Assembly (NCBI GenBank): GCA_043825875.1
Contig: JBDRRF010000035.1
Span: forward strand, 1 to 64,000
Direction of reading: 5' to 3'
Source of the DNA: Pseudomonadota bacterium
GTDB lineage: Bacteria > Desulfobacterota > Desulfobacteria > Desulfobacterales > RPRI01
DNA: 64,000 bases
Shown piece after piece: positions 41,525 to 49,111 of this stretch. How positions within the stretch are numbered: position 1 is the first letter of the stretch; the number at the start of each line of letters is the position of its first letter. The notes beneath the pieces were generated by a model. It was not told the origin of the DNA and did no database searches. It saw only the letters and a list, made by a program, of their open reading frames with translations. A program made the position numbers and the translations under genes.

Positions 41525-41803
41525 TCATTTCTTCGACCGATTTTCCATAAAAACCGAAATCATCAAAACACCGATTGCAAGATTCAATATCAGCAAACCG
41601 ATTAAAGTATCTGAAAACTGCTGAGGCCATCCATCCCATGCAAACCAGCCACAAAACATTATGGTGCTGTATAAAAATGGCAGCATCACATACTTTCCCA
41701 TTTTCTCGCGATTTGCCGTATAGGCTATTGTAAAAATTAAACCACTGAGGAAAACTATTATTGCAATCGCATCAACAACATTTATATCTGCATACTTACT
41801 TAT
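41525..41803 (-). pseudogene. Three-TM small membrane protein with no canonical start (ATA start or decayed gene)
   Basis: 93-codon frame (I/M)SKYADINVVDAIAIIVFLSGLIFTIAYT..MLPFLYSTIMFCGWFAW..LIGLLILNLAIGVLMISVF..; AGGGAG lies 9 nt before the ATA. Confidence 0.4.
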
Positions 41804-42017
41804 GGCCTGATACTCCCTATTTTTCCAACAATATGCTAATTACCTTTATAACGTTGTGCTTTTTCCGGATGATCAATCAAGCTTCTACAATCAGAGGCTT
41901 GGGTTCCATTGATAATCGGAGTTCTACCTGGTCTCTTATTAACAATAATACCATCCAGTTTACAAATACTTTATTTGGGCATTTTTCGATTCAGAAAAAA
42001 AGATTGACACTCACACG

Positions 42018-42053
42018 TGTCTATCATATGACATTCATGTCATATGATAGACA
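42018..42053. promoter_or_regulatory. Perfect 17-bp-arm palindrome, probable operator over a promoter
   Basis: TGTCTATCATATGACAT-TC-ATGTCATATGATAGACA, just downstream of TTGACA (42004-42009). Confidence 0.65.
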
Positions 42054-42210
42054 GTTTGTAATATCCCTAATACTATAGATACTTACACAAAAGTTGATCC
42101 AACAGCTTAAAATCCTTTGAAAAAATTAATGATTTAATAAACGGAGTGTATATATCATATTATCATATCCTATAAAACATACGCGGGCTTTTGAAACTAC
42201 TAACACAAAG

Positions 42211-43815
42211 TTGGAAAATTCCGAGATTGATATGCTATCAGAGGATTGGTCGGATGATAGGATGGAAAGTATTATCCGACTCTGGGAAGTTTTGCGAACT
42301 ATCGGAACATTAGATAAAAAGTTTAAATTTATAACCGATGCCGTTAATGATGTTATTAAAACCGAATTTACAACACTTTGGATTGTCAAAGAAGGGGACA
42401 GATGTAATTCAGGTTGTACTTTTTCAGAAAAGTTATCTGGGAACATAACTTGCGAAGGCAATATTGAATGTCTTCACCTTACAGCAAGTTCCGGTGGCTA
42501 TAGTAACTTTAATACAGATCTAAACAGGATACCATTAAGCCATTTTAAAGCAGGAAATTTTTTAATAACTAATAGTCACGATTCTTTAATAAATAGGATT
42601 ATTAAAGATTTATTTATACATAATGAAAACTGTGCAAACGGACTTGGCATAAAATCTGTTGCCGGATTCAAACTTTTTTCGGAATCTGACAATGTAATAG
42701 GTGTACTTGCCGTGTTCAGCAAACAAATTATAAGTAATGCTGATATTGTTCATATCGAATGCTTCTCCAATTTGGCAGCTCAGGTTATAAAAAATTCTCA
42801 ACTGGAAGATTCACTGATAAAATATCGTGAACACCTCGAGGGACTCATAAAAGTACGTACCGATGATCTGATGGAAACCAACCGGAAATTACAAAAGATT
42901 GTCAAGGAAAAAGCCCATATTGAAAAATCTCTTATAGAAAGCGAAAAAAGGTTTCGCAGCTTTCTCGATAATTCATATGATGTTATTTACTTTATGAATT
43001 TTAAAACATCAAAATTCGAATATCTAAGCCCGTCTTCCAAAAAAATAACCGGTTATACTCCCGAAGAAATCATATATTTGCAGGAAAGCGGAAATTTTGA
43101 CTTCCTTCATCCTGAAGAGGAAGATAATGTCCATGAATTCTTTAAACAGCTGAACATTCGTCCGGATGAGGATGATATTAACAGAACCATAACCTTCAGA
43201 ATGAAACACAAAACAAATGGCCACCGCTGGGTCAGCACCACGCGTTCCGTTATTTTTGATGAAAATGGAGAACCGGCAGCTATTGTTGGTAATCTTAGAG
43301 ATATTACCGATATAAAAAATGCTGAAGAACAAGAAAAGAAAATGAAAGATAATCTTGAAAACATGGTTCAGGAGCGCACAGTTGAACTTGAGAAGAACAA
43401 CACAGCCTTAGAAGTACTTTTAAAAAAGCGGGAAATGGATAAAACTAAGCTTGAAGAAAAACTGATTTTTAATATTAAGCAATTAATTGTTCCGTATCTT
43501 GAAAGATTAAATAATACTACATTAGATAATTATCAGGAGAATTTGATACATATTATTGAAGCGAACTTAAATGACATTCTTACTCCGCTTATTCCGTTTG
43601 TTTCTCCTTCTCAGATTGACCTGACACCTTCGGAAATTCAGGTTGCAAGCCTTATAAAGCTGGGAAAAACCACCAAGGAGATAGCAAACACTTTACACCT
43701 GGCTATGAGCACAATCCATTTCCACAGAGATAATATAAGAAATAAAATCGGAATTAAAAACAAAAAGGTTAATCTTAGAAGCTATCTTTTATCTTCGGAA
43801 CAAAACATATGGTGA
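42211..43815 (+). CDS. GAF-like/PAS/LuxR-HTH transcriptional regulator
   Basis: PAS ([33 protein letters not shown]), Lux[36 protein letters not shown]; start may be ATG 42232. Confidence 0.9.
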   Translation: MENSEIDMLSEDWSDDRMESIIRLWEVLRTIGTLDKKFKFITDAVNDVIKTEFTTLWIVKEGDRCNSGCTFSEKLSGNITCEGNIECLHLTASSGGYSNFNTDLNRIPLSHFKAGNFLITNSHDSLINRIIKDLFIHNENCANGLGIKSVAGFKLFSESDNVIGVLAVFSKQIISNADIVHIECFSNLAAQVIKNSQLEDSLIKYREHLEGLIKVRTDDLMETNRKLQKIVKEKAHIEKSLIESEKRFRSFLDNSYDVIYFMNFKTSKFEYLSPSSKKITGYTPEEIIYLQESGNFDFLHPEEEDNVHEFFKQLNIRPDEDDINRTITFRMKHKTNGHRWVSTTRSVIFDENGEPAAIVGNLRDITDIKNAEEQEKKMKDNLENMVQERTVELEKNNTALEVLLKKREMDKTKLEEKLIFNIKQLIVPYLERLNNTTLDNYQENLIHIIEANLNDILTPLIPFVSPSQIDLTPSEIQVASLIKLGKTTKEIANTLHLAMSTIHFHRDNIRNKIGIKNKKVNLRSYLLSSEQNIW

Positions 43816-43842
43816 GTTTTCATAATTTTTTTATCTGTTGCC

Positions 43843-45228
43843 CTATCTGTTGTCGACGATTCTTCTTTTCTGCTGCCTGCCCCCTCTTCTTAAAATACCC
43901 GCTTCTACAAACTGAATTTCGGGATTTCCCATAAGACCTTTTTCCATATTTTTCTTAATAGACGGTACGGAATTTATGCAGCCGATGATCCTGGCTGTTA
44001 AATCATCCTGATTTTTCAGTACCTCAACACAGCATTTAATATGATCCAGGCCGTCTTTTCTGGTGATAAATATTCTGTAATCTATGAGCTCAGAAATGGC
44101 GTATAATCTGTCATCAAAAAGAGATGTATATATTTTATCGTCTTCTCCGATATTGACAATCAGTGCTTTTCTTCTTGGGATTTCACCGATTCTAAGCAAA
44201 GTACAAGCACCACATTCACAGGGACTTCGGATAAGCCGGGCAAGATCTCCTGTACGATAGCGAATCAAAGGCATGCCAATACGATTTAAAGTAGTAAAAA
44301 CCAGCTCTCCTTCCTCTTCTTCATTATTTATCGGCTCACCTGTTTTAAAATCTACTATTTCAAAATAAAGATCACATTCATTAAAATGGTATCCCTTGTG
44401 TGCTGTGCATTCTATACCGATAGCAAAGCCAGGTTCTGTCATTCCGTAATGATGGTATACTTTTGCATTCCAAGCTTTTTCTAAAGCCTTCCGCATGGCA
44501 GGGGAAAGATATTCGGAGGTGATAAAAACGAATTTTACGCCAATATCGGCCAGATCAAAAACAGACTCGGATTCTTTTGTCATGCGCCATATGCGAAAGG
44601 CTGATCCCATGATCATATCCGGTTTAAATGCTTTTATGCTTTCAATCTGAGATGGGGTAGGGCTGTCGCACTGACCGATTAACGGAATTCCGTTAAGATT
44701 TTTTACTCCTTTTGCAATCATTCCGGCCATGCTAAGCGGAGGAGAATTATCGGGCAAAAATATCTGAACTTTGCATCCGTCAAAACAATATTGATCGTTT
44801 CCGTCCGAAACAACAGTGTGCATTATTGCTGCCATGGATTCTATGATTGCATCTGCATCCTGCTGTGTGAAAAATATTTTTTTGGGTTTTCCGGTAGTAC
44901 CTGTTGTAAAATGACTGTATATCCTGTCAATTTTTCCCAATGAAACACAAAGGAGCTTATAAGGGCTGTTTCTTAAATCATCGGGTTCGGTAAAAGGAAG
45001 ATGTCTGATACTTTCAAGAGAATCAATTTTGGCGATTTTATCTTTAAGAGATTTATAAAATACACTGTTATCGGCAGCATAGCAAAGTGTCTTTATAAGC
45101 CTGTCAAGCTGATACTGCTCAATATCCTTGCGGGTAATGCAGTCTGGGTTTTGACCGAATTGTTTTCGTGAGCAGTTTTTATTAAAAAACTCTTTAATTT
45201 TGTTATGAATCCATTTTTCCAGGATCAT
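43843..45228 (-). CDS. Phenylacetate-CoA ligase (PaaK)-like AMP-dependent CoA ligase (DVU_1553-like)
   Basis: LPFTEPDDL, FTTGTTGKPKKIFFT, HYGMTE, GELVFTTL, PLIRYRTGD. Confidence 0.88.
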   Translation of the reverse strand: MILEKWIHNKIKEFFNKNCSRKQFGQNPDCITRKDIEQYQLDRLIKTLCYAADNSVFYKSLKDKIAKIDSLESIRHLPFTEPDDLRNSPYKLLCVSLGKIDRIYSHFTTGTTGKPKKIFFTQQDADAIIESMAAIMHTVVSDGNDQYCFDGCKVQIFLPDNSPPLSMAGMIAKGVKNLNGIPLIGQCDSPTPSQIESIKAFKPDMIMGSAFRIWRMTKESESVFDLADIGVKFVFITSEYLSPAMRKALEKAWNAKVYHHYGMTEPGFAIGIECTAHKGYHFNECDLYFEIVDFKTGEPINNEEEEGELVFTTLNRIGMPLIRYRTGDLARLIRSPCECGACTLLRIGEIPRRKALIVNIGEDDKIYTSLFDDRLYAISELIDYRIFITRKDGLDHIKCCVEVLKNQDDLTARIIGCINSVPSIKKNMEKGLMGNPEIQFVEAGILRRGGRQQKRRIVDNR

Positions 45229-45246
45229 TTTGCTTTTTTATCTCTT

Positions 45247-46392
45247 TTAATTATTTATTCTTTTACCTATCGGCCCAAGCTTGTCATTTCGTGATGGCAG
45301 TATAATAGTCGATTTTGCAGGCATAACATCGTCACCTCTTTGATTAATAGCTTTTGATACTATATCAACACAGCATTCTTTCTTATCATCTATATATTTA
45401 TCTGTAACATAGCCGGAAATTCTGATGGCATCCGAAAGATAAACCAGCCTCTTAAATCTTGCATGGCTGCTTTTTATCCAGCCATTATCACCCATCCAGT
45501 TTGTCAGAAAATGGATAAGCCAGCAATGCCTTTGAACAGCCGTATCATAAGGATAAGGCAAACCGCATTCATTGGCTGCATCAATATTATAATGTACACT
45601 AAAAACCGGTTCCATAGCTGATGTTTTGCTGTCTCTAAATGCCCAGGCCGGATGTTTGCGATAAGTTTTAAGAGCTAATCCATGAGCCTGTAATGGAACC
45701 GGCGAAGCGCCAATGCAAAAGGATATAATATCAGTTATCCCCAAAGGGCCTTTTATGATTTCGGGTAATACTTTGCCTTTGTCAACATCTTCATAATAAA
45801 GCGGCTTTTTACCCCGGTATTTTTCTGCAAGCACATGATCTTCAATTTCTTCCAGTTCCTGTAATGTCCATGGATGAGGCAATTTAATTTTTTTGCCGGA
45901 AACATCTTGTTCATCCGGGCTTCGTTCAACCCTGAATGCAGAAGAGTTGACGCTGGCAACCAAATGGTCATTCTGATTTATAAATTTTACTTCCTGCTGT
46001 TCATAAACGGATTTGCCGTAAAATTGGCTGTTGACCTTTTTGCATCCTGTCAAAAAACATTGAGGGCTGATCCGGTCATTTACTAGTACGGGTTTGTAGT
46101 ATTGCCAGTCTACACTTGTTTGTAAAGCATGCACTCCCGGCAAACCCTGCAATACCCATGTAGGAAGAACGCTGTTAAGCCATGATGGCGGAGCCGGAAG
46201 TGTTTTATAAGAAGTTGAATCGGCATAATTTATATCTCTCCACAAAATATTGGGATCGCCTATGCCGTCGGCAAACTTTTTAATCGCATCTTCTGTGGCG
46301 ACACTGTTAAATTGATAGTTAACACGAAGTTGTTTTCCTACCCGGATTCTCATTTCTTCAAACGCTGCATCCGTAATCTTACTCTTTTCCAT
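45247..46392 (-). CDS. Tandem MaoC/hot-dog fold acyl-CoA dehydratase/hydratase-like protein
   Basis: DAIKKFADGIGDPNILW..APPS, YYEDV..LP..KGP, VHYN..A..GLPYPYD, TNWMGD. Confidence 0.8.
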   Translation of the reverse strand: MEKSKITDAAFEEMRIRVGKQLRVNYQFNSVATEDAIKKFADGIGDPNILWRDINYADSTSYKTLPAPPSWLNSVLPTWVLQGLPGVHALQTSVDWQYYKPVLVNDRISPQCFLTGCKKVNSQFYGKSVYEQQEVKFINQNDHLVASVNSSAFRVERSPDEQDVSGKKIKLPHPWTLQELEEIEDHVLAEKYRGKKPLYYEDVDKGKVLPEIIKGPLGITDIISFCIGASPVPLQAHGLALKTYRKHPAWAFRDSKTSAMEPVFSVHYNIDAANECGLPYPYDTAVQRHCWLIHFLTNWMGDNGWIKSSHARFKRLVYLSDAIRISGYVTDKYIDDKKECCVDIVSKAINQRGDDVMPAKSTIILPSRNDKLGPIGKRINN

Positions 46393-46406
46393 ACACTCAT
46401 TTATCC

Positions 46407-47801
46407 TTAATAATTGCTAAGTCTATGCTGTATTTTGTTGTGCAGACTGTCACCATGCGAGCCGGTCAAATAGTAACTGCAAAAAGGAATCAGCCGCTTA
46501 TCTGTTGTTATTACGTGGATGCAGCAACCCTTAAGTCTTTTAAGATCAATTGTCCAGGCATCCATAAAAGGCATCCCCGATATGGATAAATAGTGTGTTT
46601 GAATCCGTTCGTGAAAATTATTGAAAGGTCCGTTTGGGGTTTTGCATGAACATTGTTTTGTTGCAGGTTCTATAAATCTGGCTTTTTCAGTGATAAAACG
46701 ACGCACATGAGCAGTCGGGCTTTCTTTCTTTTGGGCTTGCATACGGTTTGTTTTGTTTTCAATTAGAGTGGAATTGTCAGGATGAAAACGGGTAGTCGTC
46801 TGTAGTTTGCCCTTATCATTTAAGATATAAAATCCTGAAAAGCCGCAATGAGAATCCATTTTTCTGCGTGGCTGGAAATCATTAACCTTGATTTCGCCAT
46901 GGGTTTGGATTTCAAGCAATCGTAATATTTCAGGAGTAGTAATTCTACTCTCATTTGACGGGCTGAAGTTATAGCGACCGGAATAGGTAACAGGCTGGAA
47001 ATGAATTCCTTTAATAACCGGCATATATTTTTTTGCAAAAAAAAGGATATCGCCCAGTTGAGAGTCGTTTATCTTCGGAATTACAGTAGGAACCAGTTGA
47101 ACTCCAAGCCTGATTTCAGAACAGTTTTCAACCGCTTTAATCTTTATATCAAAAAGGTTTGTTCCTCTTATTTTTTGGTAAATATCATCTGTCACTCCAT
47201 CAAATTGAAGATAAATCAAATCAGCCCCGGCATCTTTTAAAGCCTTTAAATAAACTTTATCTTCAGCAATCCTTATGCCGTTAGTATTAATCTGGATGTG
47301 GCCCAATCCAACGTCTTTTGCCATATGGACAATTTCAGGAAGATCATCTCTTACAGTCGGTTCTCCGCCACTTAACTGGATAGGACAGTTTCCGGCAGCA
47401 GCCACAACTGCTTCACACATTTCTTTAAGCTGTTTAATTTCGGGAGTATTTGATGATGATTGCCTGTCTCCGGCAAAACATACGGGGCAGGAAAGGTTAC
47501 ACTTATCTGTTACTTCCATTAAAACAGTACAGGTATCCGACTGGTGCTCCGGGCATATCCCGCAATCTTTCGGGCATCCCGATACTGTTTTTGTCTGTGT
47601 CTTTTGAGAAGGTTGAGATAATTCTCCGTAGCCCCATTCTTCATATGTTGGATCACCTCTCCAGATTACGGTTTTAAATTCGCCATGATCGGGGCAGGTT
47701 TTTTTTAGAAAGATATCTTCACCTTCTAAAATCTTTAAAGCAGGTATAACAGCAAGGCAAAGGGGACAAACACTTGTTGTCTCGCCTATATTTTTAGGCA
47801 T
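46407..47801 (-). CDS. trsS: Radical SAM protein, TrsS (DVU_1554)/tetraether-synthase-like architecture, Cys form
   Basis: CPLC..CPDHG, CPKDCGICPEH, CNLSCPVC, LSGGEPT, NTNG, YLQFDG, HFQP, FMDAWTIDLKRLKGCCIHV..IPFC. Confidence 0.8.
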   Translation of the reverse strand: MPKNIGETTSVCPLCLAVIPALKILEGEDIFLKKTCPDHGEFKTVIWRGDPTYEEWGYGELSQPSQKTQTKTVSGCPKDCGICPEHQSDTCTVLMEVTDKCNLSCPVCFAGDRQSSSNTPEIKQLKEMCEAVVAAAGNCPIQLSGGEPTVRDDLPEIVHMAKDVGLGHIQINTNGIRIAEDKVYLKALKDAGADLIYLQFDGVTDDIYQKIRGTNLFDIKIKAVENCSEIRLGVQLVPTVIPKINDSQLGDILFFAKKYMPVIKGIHFQPVTYSGRYNFSPSNESRITTPEILRLLEIQTHGEIKVNDFQPRRKMDSHCGFSGFYILNDKGKLQTTTRFHPDNSTLIENKTNRMQAQKKESPTAHVRRFITEKARFIEPATKQCSCKTPNGPFNNFHERIQTHYLSISGMPFMDAWTIDLKRLKGCCIHVITTDKRLIPFCSYYLTGSHGDSLHNKIQHRLSNY

Positions 47802-47810
47802 TTTACTATC

Positions 47811-48590
47811 CTATAATGGTTTACGGAAAGAAAATACAGCATATCCCGGTTTGCATTCTGTAAAAAATCTTTTCCACTCAATTTGAGTATCAGTACTGTT
47901 TTTGCCGGTTGAACAGCAGGAAATACTTCTGCCTGCAAAATGCTTCCAGAAATCATCCAATGAACCATAGCCTGAGATTAATCTGTAAGCGATTTTTTTT
48001 AATTCAATAGAATGATCTTCAAACAGTTCATTTTCAAATCCCTCTTTACAAAATACTTCGATGTATCCGGCTTTTGTCAATGCCCCGGTAAAGCAACAAT
48101 TAAAAAGAACCTCATCTTTTAAATCGGAGCTTAATGGATGATTTAAGATAACATCCGACATCGAGAATCTTCCGCCCGGTTTAAGAATCCGAAAAATCTC
48201 TTTTGCAACACGCATTTTATCAGTAAACAGAGAAAAAGCACATTCCATAATAACCGCATCAAAAACCGAGTTGGAAAACGGCAATGATTCGGCATCGGCT
48301 AAACAAAATTCTGCTTTATTAGAAAGCGACAACTTTTGGGCTTTTTGCCTGGCAAGAGATGATGATTCAAGCGATAAATCTGTGCCTATAACCTGGCAAT
48401 CAAAAAGTTCGGATAAAAAGCAAGCGCTTGATCCTCTGCCGGATGCGATATCTAATACCAGATCTCCATTTTGAATACCGGCTGATTCGGCGGTTTTCTT
48501 TGTGAGTTCCAATCCGCCGGGATGTAATATTTCATCCAAGACCTGATTAAACTCTTTTGCTTCATAGGCTTTAACAATAGAAGATTTCAT
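47811..48590 (-). CDS. Class I SAM-dependent methyltransferase (DVU_1556-like, Cys-rich)
   Basis: LHPGGLELT, VLDIASGRG, DAESLPF..FDAVIMECAFS, RILKPGG, CCFTGA, KPGY. Confidence 0.88.
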   Translation of the reverse strand: MKSSIVKAYEAKEFNQVLDEILHPGGLELTKKTAESAGIQNGDLVLDIASGRGSSACFLSELFDCQVIGTDLSLESSSLARQKAQKLSLSNKAEFCLADAESLPFSNSVFDAVIMECAFSLFTDKMRVAKEIFRILKPGGRFSMSDVILNHPLSSDLKDEVLFNCCFTGALTKAGYIEVFCKEGFENELFEDHSIELKKIAYRLISGYGSLDDFWKHFAGRSISCCSTGKNSTDTQIEWKRFFTECKPGYAVFSFRKPL

Positions 48591-48609
48591 GTAAGCATAG
48601 CTTTAAATT

Positions 48610-48798
48610 TTATCCGAACTTTGCTTCCATTTCGGCTTCGGTTTTGTTCATTTCCATGGCTACTTCTTCAGTTATAAATTTTATCTTACATCCGGGGCAT
48701 TCCAGACCGCTTTGAAAACCAAGCATTTCATAATAAATTAAAGAAAGATCTTTTACTTCCATTGGTTTTTCACATTTACAGCATTGCCAATTTGACAT
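48610..48798 (-). CDS. Small double-CxxC zinc-ribbon/redox protein (DVU_1557-like)
   Basis: WQCCKC..LECPGCKIKFITEE..EAK; GAGGAG RBS. Confidence 0.8.
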   Translation of the reverse strand: MSNWQCCKCEKPMEVKDLSLIYYEMLGFQSGLECPGCKIKFITEEVAMEMNKTEAEMEAKFG

Positions 48799-48801
48799 TT
48801 T

Positions 48802-49080
48802 TCAGCTCTCCTCATCAAAAGCGCTTTTTACACAATACGCAGTATGAATTTTATAGATATCAGCATCTTTTGAATACCTTACAAAATAAAGCGCATTGCC
48901 GATAGTTTTTTTGCCTAAAAATTCATTATTGCCGGTATCACAAAGCTTTTCATTTGTTGTTTCGGAATCATAAATGACCATTTTAAGCTCATCATCCAAA
49001 ATGCCTCTTGATTCCAGCAGTTCCGAAACTTCAGAGCTTTTATTTATATTGATTGTTTCATATCCTTCCGCATTGCTCAT
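48802..49080 (-). CDS. Small protein resembling the C-terminal domain of DVU_1558-like oxidoreductases
   Basis: AGGAG RBS; EVSELLESRGILDDELKMVI..YFVRYS..IHTAY; family match recalled from memory, not searched. Confidence 0.65.
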   Translation of the reverse strand: MSNAEGYETININKSSEVSELLESRGILDDELKMVIYDSETTNEKLCDTGNNEFLGKKTIGNALYFVRYSKDADIYKIHTAYCVKSAFDEES

Positions 49081-49111
49081 TAGTTACTCTCCTTTGTTTA
49101 TCTGCAAGGCT

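Noticed and set aside
48610..49080. Selenocysteine read-through fusing the 92-aa and 62-aa genes (same frame, separated by TGA AAA)
   Set aside because: The downstream gene has its own GAGGAG RBS at normal spacing, the TGA is not in a Cys-like motif, and no convincing SECIS hairpin follows
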